This document shows positions 21,021-29,848 of a DNA stretch of 64,000 bases, piece by piece (position 1 is the first letter of the stretch; each line of letters begins with the position of its first letter). The stretch lies in IMG/VR virus record IMGVR_UViG_3300031521_000009. One strand, written 5' to 3'. Source of the stretch: a virus. The translations under genes were made by a program, and so were the position numbers. The notes beneath the pieces were generated by a model. The model did not search any database, was not told the origin of the DNA, and saw only the letters and a program-made list of their open reading frames with translations.

Positions 21021-21432
21021 TGATTAAATTATTAAAGTTAGTATCAACACCTAAAAGATATGAATCACTTACTACTAAAGCAAGAGCTCCTTTTACAATG
21101 ATTTGGTTTGCAGCATTAGCCATTGATGGATTATAATAAACAATATCACTAGCTTTAAATTGACTACTTCCACTTTCCATTACAACAGCTAAATGTGGAT
21201 GAACACCTTTAAATCTTTCTAAAGTTGGTTTCTCATTATTTACAATGATGATCTTTTCGGCAAATGGAACTGTAATAGGGCAAAGAAGAATATCACCACT
21301 ATTATTTATTGTTCTACACTTGAAACCAGTTTGACCCGGATCACATACTTCAATAAGACTTAGATAACTTTTAATCCCATTGTTCTTAGATTGAATTTCC
21401 TCAATCGCTTTTTCTAATCTGTCTTTAAACAT
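21013..21432 (-). CDS. groES: GroES/Cpn10-like co-chaperonin, 139 aa
   Basis: PFAEKIIIV...AVVMESG..FKASDIVYY...ALVVSDSYLLGV aligns by eye with Cpn10 PLxDRVIV...GEVLAVG..VKVGDxVIF...LIMSESDILAI. Confidence 0.6.
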   Translation of the reverse strand: MFKDRLEKAIEEIQSKNNGIKSYLSLIEVCDPGQTGFKCRTINNSGDILLCPITVPFAEKIIIVNNEKPTLERFKGVHPHLAVVMESGSSQFKASDIVYYNPSMANAANQIIVKGALALVVSDSYLLGVDTNFNNLINV

Positions 21433-21461
21433 AAGTGTTTGATTTGATTAATAATATGATG

Positions 21462-21469
21462 CAAATATA
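21462..21469 (-). promoter_or_regulatory. Bacteroidota -7 promoter element (TATATTTG) upstream of groES-scaffold-MCP
   Basis: Matches TAnnTTTG in the portal-groES intergenic gap. Confidence 0.65.
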
Positions 21470-21484
21470 TGAATAATTTAATTA

Positions 21485-24007
21485 CTATGAGTCTTTTAAA
21501 TTTACTTTATTCCTCATGTTTTTTTCATGGTCAACAGTAGTCTTTCGAATTGATTGTAATTCACCAGTCTTTAATTGTGCTTCTGAAAGTATCGCATTCA
21601 TCTTAATTTCAAACTGTTTCATCATTTCTTGTACTCTATTAGCACGTCCTTCTTCTTGTAAATAGGCAGATTCAATTTCATTATTTGCCATTATTTTAAA
21701 GTTTTCAGTTTTCTCTTTAACAACAAGTTCTCGTTCTTTAAACTCTGATTCCCATTCATAACGTTTTTCATCAAGTTGTAAACGTGCTTTATCAATTTCT
21801 CTTGAAGCTAAATCAAATTCATCTTTTGTTTTCAAAAGTTGCATATCAATCTGAGCTTGTAAATTCATTGTTTTTTGTTTAGCTTCTTCTTTGGCAGTTT
21901 CGGTAGCAACATTATTTTGTTGTCTGATTGCTTCGGCCTCTTTTGACATCTGAATAAGTTTGTTTTCCATTTCAGTCAAATCATCAATCTTAAACATACT
22001 CACTACAGAAGTAAAAGGAAGTTCAGCGCGACCCCATGATTGCATTGCTGCAGTACGTAAATCTTCAAGACGTGATTCCTCTTTTACATTATTGGAAGAA
22101 TAGATTCTAAAATCTGAACCATTCAATGAACCTTTTGGTATTTGAATAAGAACTTCTTCCAGGTCCTTATCAAGAAAGTTTAATACTTTACCATCTTTCC
22201 ATGTATAACGTATTTTCAAGTTTAGAAATAATTCAATTGCTTTATCAAAAACTGTATCATTTTCTGAGAACTGTATTTCAGTAATAAGAGAAGATTGTTC
22301 TCGCGACATGTTTACATTACTTACTGGATCAGAAGAAACAAATTGACCAAGTGAAGCATCAGTAATACCAATAAGTTTACCTATTAATGAATCAATGCCA
22401 TTAAGGACATTATCAATAAAAGCAATACTCTGAGTAATCGTATCATCATAGTTTTGAAATTGATTATATGAAGCCGGTGTTTTACGACCTTTCTTCATTG
22501 TCTCAATCCACATAGTTCCAAGTTTACGATAGTACATCCATTTACCGGCAGTCATATTATCCGGTTTCTGACTCTTATCCATTATCATACCTTTTACTCC
22601 GGATAAAGCAATAGTAAGTTCTTTCTTATAATTTACAATATCATAAAGTTCTATTAATTCGCGAACTCTCCATATAAGAGAATATGGTTTTTCAGACGCT
22701 GTATTGAACGATCTTGCAACAAGTGGGAGTGTAGGTAGTCCGGGCATATCAATTGGTCTAAAAACATTGTCCTGTTTACCCATGTTGATATGAATAACAT
22801 TTCCAATAACAACCATATGATAAATATCATAAATGACAACACGATTACGTATTTCATCTTTTTTTAGTTTAGCATCTTTTGTTGTAAGATGTACAAAATA
22901 TTCATCTTCACGATATTTGTTTGGTGTCTTTTTCCAAAATATTTCACGTGGTGCCAAAAACCATATACGTGATACTTCAATAGCATTGTGTTGGTCATTG
23001 AAGTTTTCACTGTTATCAAAGTATGCAGTATTACCAACATAATTTTTTATTGTAGCACTATCACCTATTGAATAAGCAGAGATAATTTGTTCTTCTGATT
23101 TAGATAATTCAAATTCAGAAAATATCTGACTTTTATTCATATACTCTTTGGTAAAACACCATTCACTATTCTGAGTCCAACGATTACTTCCACCTTTAGA
23201 ATAACATGCAGTATTTGCATCTACTTGTTTAAAAACAATATCTTTTGTTCTTGGATTATAATAAGTAATATATGTTGGTTTACCAGTTACAATTTTTTCA
23301 CGAAGCCCTACATTCCAATGCTGTTTTAAATCCTCTGTTTGAATAGCAGATTTTAATGCGGCATTGGCAACCTGTTGCATTATTTCAACATCAGTATTCA
23401 ATAAGAAATAATCAATACGTTTTTGCATTTCATTATTGTCTAATGAAACACGTGAAAGATTTCGAATAAGTTTCTGCATCTCTAATTGAATCATTGGCAT
23501 ATTCTTTTTCAGTTCTTCCATCTGAGTTTGTGCTTGTTCATTATCCGGTTGGACTTCTAACTGTTTCTGCATATCACTCATTTTATCTTGTACTTGTTGA
23601 ATCTGTTGTTGAACAATTGCATCACGTTCTTTATACATCTCCAATTTCGCATTTAGACTAGCCTTAATGCGATTTTCATACTTCAATTGAAGAGTACGTT
23701 CATCCATAGCAATTGCTTTGCTTTTAAACGACCTACGTGCTTGTTTAGATTCAAGTATATTCAACTTACTTCTTACAATCTCATTACCTATATTTCTGAA
23801 CTTAGCCGGATAAGTAAAACCTTCAACTTTTGTCAAGTATTCAAATTTTGTATTATCAATAATACCATGATAAATATTCCAACATTTTCTGTCTTTTATA
23901 TTATCATCATGGAAATCAGAAGAACCAGATGATAAAATATACCTTGCTACTTCTTTGAAATAGTTATCATCTTTATTTTCACTATTAATTAATTTTTCTG
24001 GAAACAT
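21485..24007 (-). CDS. Portal protein (about 840 aa; start at MFPEKLIN)
   Basis: Follows TerL; YLTKVEGFTYPAKFRN motif, long coiled coils; start moved to the ATG 10 nt after the TerL stop. Confidence 0.85.
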   Translation of the reverse strand: MFPEKLINSENKDDNYFKEVARYILSSGSSDFHDDNIKDRKCWNIYHGIIDNTKFEYLTKVEGFTYPAKFRNIGNEIVRSKLNILESKQARRSFKSKAIAMDERTLQLKYENRIKASLNAKLEMYKERDAIVQQQIQQVQDKMSDMQKQLEVQPDNEQAQTQMEELKKNMPMIQLEMQKLIRNLSRVSLDNNEMQKRIDYFLLNTDVEIMQQVANAALKSAIQTEDLKQHWNVGLREKIVTGKPTYITYYNPRTKDIVFKQVDANTACYSKGGSNRWTQNSEWCFTKEYMNKSQIFSEFELSKSEEQIISAYSIGDSATIKNYVGNTAYFDNSENFNDQHNAIEVSRIWFLAPREIFWKKTPNKYREDEYFVHLTTKDAKLKKDEIRNRVVIYDIYHMVVIGNVIHINMGKQDNVFRPIDMPGLPTLPLVARSFNTASEKPYSLIWRVRELIELYDIVNYKKELTIALSGVKGMIMDKSQKPDNMTAGKWMYYRKLGTMWIETMKKGRKTPASYNQFQNYDDTITQSIAFIDNVLNGIDSLIGKLIGITDASLGQFVSSDPVSNVNMSREQSSLITEIQFSENDTVFDKAIELFLNLKIRYTWKDGKVLNFLDKDLEEVLIQIPKGSLNGSDFRIYSSNNVKEESRLEDLRTAAMQSWGRAELPFTSVVSMFKIDDLTEMENKLIQMSKEAEAIRQQNNVATETAKEEAKQKTMNLQAQIDMQLLKTKDEFDLASREIDKARLQLDEKRYEWESEFKERELVVKEKTENFKIMANNEIESAYLQEEGRANRVQEMMKQFEIKMNAILSEAQLKTGELQSIRKTTVDHEKNMRNKVNLKDS

Positions 24008-24017
24008 AGTATTTATT

Positions 24018-26054
24018 TTAAGAAGCAAATTTAATTCCTTGATTATTCTCTGATACATAACCACCATATGTATCTTCTTCTAGTTCTTCTCCTTCTGAAT
24101 AAGCAGCGAACTCTTGTGTCTCTAATGCACTTGCAATATTTAAAGCACTTGCTATAGTAATATCACAATTGTATTTTGGTGATTTTTTAAATTTTGCAAA
24201 AGCTTCGATTTGTCGTATATCATACATCTTATCGATAATAGCAAAATCATCTTGTTTCATCTTATCTCTCCATATATTTAAAGCATGAGGGATAAATGAT
24301 TGTTCTACTCCATAACGTTGTGCGGCCTTACCATCTTGTACATATTGACTAATTACCATTTGTGGACGTTCTTGCAATAAAAACTCACAACCGGCCCGTT
24401 TATAATAATCAAATATCAATACATTTGAATACTCAATAAGATTTTCACTTTCGCCATATAGATAACAGAGTTTTACTGTATCCTCATAGAACTGATAATT
24501 TCCACCTTCATCTTCTGTTGGTCGTTCCGTTACTCTAGCAACCCAATGGTCAAAAGTATGATGTGAATCAATAGCACCTTTCCAAATTGAACAACTACCT
24601 AATGAGAATGATGTTTCACTCTCTACCTTATCATAACTGTCCGTAGCGGCACTATAAAGATTTTTCCATACTTTCCCATACCCATCAACTTCCGGTGCCT
24701 GTATGATAAGAAAACGACCTAATTCATCTGGAACAAGTTCAACTCCTTTACCCCAATCAAATGGATCAATCCAATTAATCTCTGCATTGTAAGCAATCTG
24801 TTGTTCTCGGTGTGTAAGTAAATAACGTTTTCTATCATTCAATTTTTGATTAGCTGTTTCTCCAAGGAAACCACCAGTGGCTACCATGAACATCTGAGAT
24901 AAATAAAGTGGTTTAGCTGTAAGAGCAATGTATCGTTCAGAAGAGTTTTTACTTGATAATTCTTTTTGAATAGAAACAATACTTTCTTCTATTAAACTAT
25001 TACCATCTTCATCAATTATTTCAAATTCATAAGCTGGAACAAAAGCCGCGACTTTACCAGTTGAAGAGATTTCATCTTCTTCCCATATATTGTCAAACTC
25101 GAGCAAATCAAATTTAGCCGGATTATATGCCATTTCTTCGACATCAGCAACAGACTCATCCATATCACCACCAGTTCCAATATACATTTGATAACCGGTC
25201 TTATCACCTTCAGCAAGTAAAGATGGTTTAACGAACTCTGCTGTTTGCTTAAGAGTATCTTTTTTCCATTTACCAATTTCTTCATAAAGAATCCAAAAAG
25301 GAGTAAGACCTGATACAGCTTGTGTATTATCTTTTGCAGTAATACAATAAACTTCACTACCAAAACCAAGCATAAGAGTTCTTTTCTCTCCGGTTTCTTC
25401 ATTGACTACCTCTTCACGATAAGAAGACTTAATATAGTCACTTCTGTTTGGTGATCTACGTTTATAAAACTCACTATCTCCAAGCCAATCAAGTCCGCGA
25501 ACAACATTAGTCATTGTATGCTCAGCATAGTTTCCTTGGCCGGCAACAATTACGTTTTGAGAACCAGGGATAAAAATAAAATTATAACCGATATTACTTG
25601 CTGCATATTCAGAGAATCCTTTCTGTCTTGACTTAGGAAATAACAAATCTTTTGCATTTAAAAACATAAGTTCTATACACATGAATTTGAAATAATCTAA
25701 AGAAGTAAATTTAGGATGACGTTTATCCTTTCTTTTTACATTATCCAATTTTGCAAGAATAACCCAAAAATTCAAATAGAAATACATTCTACCGGGAATC
25801 CAAATATCATGACCACGTTTTGTTGCATTAGGAACAATATATCCTTTTATACAACGACGATATTGCTCATGCCACCATGCTTGATAGTTTGGACTATCTT
25901 TATCAGGTTGCATTTCATCTTTATTATAGATAACTGGACTGAAACGCTTAGTATCTTTAAAATCTCTTGTTAGACACATATTATCAATGTCCGGAACAAG
26001 TGTTCTATCCATTGATAATACATCATCTAAATATGTAAGTTTAATATCAGCCAT
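24018..26054 (-). CDS. terL: Terminase large subunit, 678 aa
   Basis: GRMYFYLNF, Walker A-like KSRQKGFS, Walker B ILYEE, GTGGDM, nuclease-domain TDSYD...SLGS and NCDITIA motifs. Confidence 0.92.
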   Translation of the reverse strand: MADIKLTYLDDVLSMDRTLVPDIDNMCLTRDFKDTKRFSPVIYNKDEMQPDKDSPNYQAWWHEQYRRCIKGYIVPNATKRGHDIWIPGRMYFYLNFWVILAKLDNVKRKDKRHPKFTSLDYFKFMCIELMFLNAKDLLFPKSRQKGFSEYAASNIGYNFIFIPGSQNVIVAGQGNYAEHTMTNVVRGLDWLGDSEFYKRRSPNRSDYIKSSYREEVVNEETGEKRTLMLGFGSEVYCITAKDNTQAVSGLTPFWILYEEIGKWKKDTLKQTAEFVKPSLLAEGDKTGYQMYIGTGGDMDESVADVEEMAYNPAKFDLLEFDNIWEEDEISSTGKVAAFVPAYEFEIIDEDGNSLIEESIVSIQKELSSKNSSERYIALTAKPLYLSQMFMVATGGFLGETANQKLNDRKRYLLTHREQQIAYNAEINWIDPFDWGKGVELVPDELGRFLIIQAPEVDGYGKVWKNLYSAATDSYDKVESETSFSLGSCSIWKGAIDSHHTFDHWVARVTERPTEDEGGNYQFYEDTVKLCYLYGESENLIEYSNVLIFDYYKRAGCEFLLQERPQMVISQYVQDGKAAQRYGVEQSFIPHALNIWRDKMKQDDFAIIDKMYDIRQIEAFAKFKKSPKYNCDITIASALNIASALETQEFAAYSEGEELEEDTYGGYVSENNQGIKFAS

Positions 26055-26057
26055 AAA

Positions 26058-26699
26058 TTATTTTGCTATAAAATATCCTCCAATTGCACCGGCGCCCAAA
26101 TAGAACCAAATATTATTTTTACTCCACCAACCAGTTGAACGTTTTAATGCAGTAGTCAAATCTTTCTTTTCTTTTTGTAATATAAGATTTTCATTTTTAC
26201 ATTGTTCTGTTTCCTCTGTTTGTAAGAAGTATTTTTTAGTAGCATCAGTCAAACTAAGTTCAGTACTAATTAATTTCTTTTCAGTAGTTTTTATAATAGT
26301 ATCTTTCTGCTGCAGTGATATATTTTTCAATACTAAAAGACTATCACAATTCGCTAAAGTATGCTTTGTAGTATCTGTATTATAATCATTTTCAAACTTA
26401 CTTATCTTTTTTGATAAAACTACATTTTTATCTTTATAATTAGAAAGCGTTTTACTTGATTCTAAACGATCCTTTTTTCGTAAAGCATTGATACTATCAA
26501 TCGACTTAATTGATTGCTTACGATAGTTACTAGAAGCTGTATTAAAGCCATCACGATATGCAGATGATACATCTTGTTTTGTAATCAATGTTTTTGCCTG
26601 TTTTGATTGACATGATTTTACCACACCACCAATAAACAGTAAAAGCACGATAGTTATTATCGCGCTTATTACCAAGTTTTTCTTTATAAATTGTATCAT
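26058..26699 (-). CDS. Putative spanin (N-terminal hydrophobic segment ending VKSC, coiled coil, C-terminal hydrophobic tail), 213 aa
   Basis: LVISAIITIVLLLFIGGVVKSC ... NNIWFYLGAGAIGGYFIAK; overlaps the holin-like gene. Confidence 0.5.
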   Translation of the reverse strand: MIQFIKKNLVISAIITIVLLLFIGGVVKSCQSKQAKTLITKQDVSSAYRDGFNTASSNYRKQSIKSIDSINALRKKDRLESSKTLSNYKDKNVVLSKKISKFENDYNTDTTKHTLANCDSLLVLKNISLQQKDTIIKTTEKKLISTELSLTDATKKYFLQTEETEQCKNENLILQKEKKDLTTALKRSTGWWSKNNIWFYLGAGAIGGYFIAK

Positions 26700-26917
26700 A
26701 CTTCTCTAGTCCCTCCGGTGACATCACTATCTTTATCAAAGAACTTACCAATACCAAGAATGATAGGAGTAGAGATTACTAAATATTGACCAGTGTCAGT
26801 AATAGTAATTGTTTTTAGATAGACTAAAAATAAACATATAAACACATTTACTAAACAGACAATTCCGAATAGTGATGTTTTCCATGATTTGCGTTTGTAA
26901 GAAGTTCTTGTTTTCAT
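26696..26917 (-). CDS. Putative holin, two TM helices, 73 aa
   Basis: KSWKTSLFG...ILGIGKFFDKDSDVTGG pattern of small phage holin-like proteins; start at MKTRTSY. Confidence 0.6.
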   Translation of the reverse strand: MKTRTSYKRKSWKTSLFGIVCLVNVFICLFLVYLKTITITDTGQYLVISTPIILGIGKFFDKDSDVTGGTREV

Positions 26918-26944
26918 AATAATTAATATCAAATTGTTTTATAA

Positions 26945-28234
26945 TTAAACTAATATAGAAGTACCATCAATCCAAATAGTGCCTGTGTCATAATGTCCTT
27001 CACCTACAGCACCTATAAGCATCGCCTTGGTACCTATTTCAGAAGATAAATTATAACATCCTTGTAAGTCTGTTCCACAAATGTTAGCAGACCTAAGGTC
27101 GGTATTATTTAGATTACAGTTTTTCATTAAAACATTAGTTAGATTAGCAGAAACGAAGTTAACATAAGATAGATCACTATCCATAAATTGACTTCTTTCA
27201 AATGATGCGTTTGGAGCAAACATACCTCGTAGATATGAACCTGTAAAATCACATTCTTGAACAACAGCGTTTGAAAAATTAGTCTCAGCAAACTTAGAAA
27301 ACTTGAAACTACATCTCTCAATATAGGAATAAGACATTTCAGCTCCTGATAAATCTCCGGATTGTAAATCACAATCTCTCATTATTAGGAATCTCATATA
27401 AGACCCTATTAATTTTACTCCTATTAGATTATGATTGACAATATTAGGTGCAATAGGAACATATTCTTGACCAACTCTTTTATAAAGCATTCGATTACGA
27501 CCATCAACATTTCGGTCTCCACCACATTGAATTACATTAAAAGGTCCTAATTGTCTGTCCCATGGAATTGTCAACATTTCTTCATAATCTGCTACCGTGA
27601 AATAAGCCTCATCTAATCCTCCAAAATATACACTATTCAAATTAAGAGGTAAAGGAAACTTTAATTTAAACTCTTGTCCTCTGTATGCATTAAATGCTAT
27701 ACCCATAAACATCTTATCCATAGGATTACGTATAGTAAATCCTTCATCATAGTTCTCACATATATTACGTAATCCCATTGGATACCAATCTATATCTTCT
27801 TTAAAATTTATATAAACATAAGCAGGCCATAGAATCTCACCTTTCCATAAATTCCAATTTATAGTTTTTGAATGATTATAAAAATTTATGATAATTGGGT
27901 TTTCAGCAGTTGCTTCACTACATAATTCTAATTTATCGATAAGATATTCTCCCGGTTTCATATCTATAACATTGCTTGTGCCCCCACTACTGGAGGCATC
28001 AACAAAAAAACTACATGTCGCTGTTTCATATGCTGATAAATCACTATAATAATTTCCATTTATATCTTGAAATTCTGTTGGCATTAATCCATCTGCATAA
28101 TTTCCATTACCTTCTTCTTTTACAATAGTAATTGCTCCTGTAATTGAATTGGTAATTTCAACACAAGAACCTGATGGTATTCCAGTATTGTCGCCAATAA
28201 CCCATTTCCCATTTTGTTTTTTATAGAATTTCAT
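26945..28234 (-). CDS. Pentapeptide-repeat protein, 429 aa
   Basis: C-terminal run of A(D/N)LXX-type repeats (GDLSG AEMSY ... ANLTN ... TDLRS ANICG TDLQG). Confidence 0.8.
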   Translation of the reverse strand: MKFYKKQNGKWVIGDNTGIPSGSCVEITNSITGAITIVKEEGNGNYADGLMPTEFQDINGNYYSDLSAYETATCSFFVDASSSGGTSNVIDMKPGEYLIDKLELCSEATAENPIIINFYNHSKTINWNLWKGEILWPAYVYINFKEDIDWYPMGLRNICENYDEGFTIRNPMDKMFMGIAFNAYRGQEFKLKFPLPLNLNSVYFGGLDEAYFTVADYEEMLTIPWDRQLGPFNVIQCGGDRNVDGRNRMLYKRVGQEYVPIAPNIVNHNLIGVKLIGSYMRFLIMRDCDLQSGDLSGAEMSYSYIERCSFKFSKFAETNFSNAVVQECDFTGSYLRGMFAPNASFERSQFMDSDLSYVNFVSANLTNVLMKNCNLNNTDLRSANICGTDLQGCYNLSSEIGTKAMLIGAVGEGHYDTGTIWIDGTSILV

Positions 28235-28263
28235 GACATTTTAATTTATTGTGTAAATACAAC

Positions 28264-28293
28264 ATTAGGGAATGAACTTAATCACTCCCTAAT
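28264..28293 (-). terminator. Hairpin / weak terminator
   Basis: ATTAGGGA...TCCCTAAT inverted repeat downstream of the 23-aa ORF; poor U tract. Confidence 0.5.
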
Positions 28294-28305
28294 AGATAAT
28301 AATTG

Positions 28306-28377
28306 TTAGCAAGATTTCTTACTTGACATCGGTTTCTTCTTTCCAGAAGAAGATGGTTTTTGCTTTGTTGCAGCCAT
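28306..28377 (-). CDS. 23-aa Lys/Ser-rich peptide MAATKQKPSSSGKKKPMSSKKSC
   Basis: Clean ATG..TAA, A-rich leader (AAAACTAATCATT ATG), followed by a hairpin. Confidence 0.55.
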   Translation of the reverse strand: MAATKQKPSSSGKKKPMSSKKSC

Positions 28378-28402
28378 AATGATTAGTTTTAAAGATTAGT
28401 AA

Positions 28403-28873
28403 TTATAGTTTTAAATTGTTTACTCGATTAATCCATCCCTTTTTAAATTTTGCATTTTTGCCAATACCTATATTAGTGTAAAATGCTATACGAGCATTCT
28501 TATAAGCATTGAGATAATTTCCAGAATTTACTTTTTGAAGAGTTTGATTACCAAAAATTCCATCAGTTAAAACTCCTATAACTGATTGAAGAACTTCTAT
28601 TGCTCTATGGACACCAGAGGTAACTGCAAAATCAAAAACATGTAAAGCTAAAAATTCATCTTTGATTAAATCTATCTTGCAAGGATCACAATACAGTTTT
28701 TTATAAATTGCAATTGCTTGTACTTCTGTTAGATTTTTAATATCTAGATTTGGAAATGCTTTTTTAGAAATACCATATTTAGTTTCACCTCCCGAATCAT
28801 TAGGGTCATTAGTATATTTACTACCACCCTCTGCAAAAAGTATTTTAGGTATAAATTTATTTGCTCTTTCCAT
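28403..28873 (-). CDS. Endolysin, glycoside hydrolase family 108 with peptidoglycan-binding C-terminus, 156 aa
   Basis: EGGSKYTNDPNDSGGETKYGIS, FDFAVTSG, DGIFGNQTL, KFKKGWINRV. Confidence 0.92.
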   Translation of the reverse strand: MERANKFIPKILFAEGGSKYTNDPNDSGGETKYGISKKAFPNLDIKNLTEVQAIAIYKKLYCDPCKIDLIKDEFLALHVFDFAVTSGVHRAIEVLQSVIGVLTDGIFGNQTLQKVNSGNYLNAYKNARIAFYTNIGIGKNAKFKKGWINRVNNLKL

Positions 28874-28875
28874 AA

Positions 28876-29256
28876 TTATTCTTGTTTGTTTTCAATATCT
28901 AAAGCACGCATTTTAATTGCTACTGGACAATTATCCGTATTGTCTTTGTTATGTTGACAACTTTTATTAGAACTTACAATCATTCGATAAGCAGAAATAA
29001 GTCTTTGTGAACGACTATCTTTTTTTAAAAGTTTTTCAACATCCAATTCAAGAGTTTCAATTTTTTTTTCTGCTTCTAATTTCCATTTAAGAAGAAGATT
29101 TAATGAAGTCTCCCATGATTGATTTTCTTTGATAATAGCATTACTTTTTCGAATGCTAATAGAAGATGGAGAAAAGTAAGAAACAATACTCATTACTCCA
29201 CCAATAGCACCAAGTGTTCCTCCAGTGCCAATTAAGGCAATTAAAATATTATCCAT
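28876..29256 (-). CDS. Membrane-anchored coiled-coil protein (holin/antiholin-like), 126 aa
   Basis: N-terminal Gly-rich TM helix, coiled coil and a C-x9-C tail; directly upstream of the endolysin. Confidence 0.5.
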   Translation of the reverse strand: MDNILIALIGTGGTLGAIGGVMSIVSYFSPSSISIRKSNAIIKENQSWETSLNLLLKWKLEAEKKIETLELDVEKLLKKDSRSQRLISAYRMIVSSNKSCQHNKDNTDNCPVAIKMRALDIENKQE

Positions 29257-29420
29257 CGTTTTCTTTTTATGTAAGTTTCGTCAATTTTCTTAGACTCTTC
29301 AAGTAATCGTATTAGATGATCTATTTCTTTTGTTGTCATATTGTCACAGACTCCATTATCTATTGCTTTTATGACTCTTTTAAAGAGTCGTATGATTGTC
29401 TTTTTTACTGTAGCATCCAT
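29241..29420 (-). CDS. 59-aa protein resembling the N-terminal domain of the HTH protein at 40365
   Basis: MDATVKKTIIRLFKRVIKAIDNGVCDNMTTKEIDHLIRLLEESKKIDETYIKRKRWIIF*; below ORF-track cutoff. Confidence 0.65.
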   Translation of the reverse strand: MDATVKKTIIRLFKRVIKAIDNGVCDNMTTKEIDHLIRLLEESKKIDETYIKRKRWIIF

Positions 29421-29760
29421 TTTTATAATATAAGATTGAAGATAATATAATAGAGAATAAAGTCAATTTAATAATAGTATCAAAAATGTCAGGTAAAAAT
29501 AAACCTTTATTATTTAAATATTCTATAATTAAACAAATAGTCATATTTAATATTAAAACTTTATGCCATAAACAGAATCTAAATGATAAAGATGCTGAAA
29601 ATAAATATAGATTATATATTAAACTTTGTCCAAATCCAATATATAAATACATATCTCTTATTTTTGATTCATGCCAAAATACATAAATAAAAAGTAAAAA
29701 TAAATTTATTATAATTGGAATATACTTAGTTAGAACTACGTGTATTCTAATAAAGTTCAT
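29380..29760 (-). CDS. Multi-pass membrane protein, about 126 aa (start at MNFIRIH)
   Basis: 3-4 hydrophobic helices; SLSFRFCLWHKVLILNM motif. Confidence 0.7.
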   Translation of the reverse strand: MNFIRIHVVLTKYIPIIINLFLLFIYVFWHESKIRDMYLYIGFGQSLIYNLYLFSASLSFRFCLWHKVLILNMTICLIIEYLNNKGLFLPDIFDTIIKLTLFSIILSSILYYKNGCYSKKDNHTTL

Positions 29761-29848
29761 CGGTCGTAATAGGTCTAGTTCCACCACCAGTTCCGCCTCC
29801 AGTTCTTGGATTGTCATCTTTTTTTAAAGTGTCGTCTTCTTTTTTCAT
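29747..29848 (-). CDS. 33-aa peptide MKKEDDTLKKDDNPRTGGGTGGGTRPITTDELY
   Basis: ATG overlaps the upstream TGA (ATGA coupling); its stop overlaps the start of the membrane protein gene. Confidence 0.5.
   Translation of the reverse strand: MKKEDDTLKKDDNPRTGGGTGGGTRPITTDELY

Noticed and set aside
24008-24067. ORF-track start of the portal at 24067
   Set aside because: It overlaps the terL 3' end; the ATG at 24007 has a typical A-rich leader
29761-29817. N-terminal extension MTIQELEAELVVELDLLRP of the 145-aa ORF-track call
   Set aside because: More likely the off-frame reading of the 33-aa peptide gene coupled to the upstream stop; the ATG at 29760 is preferred, though not certain
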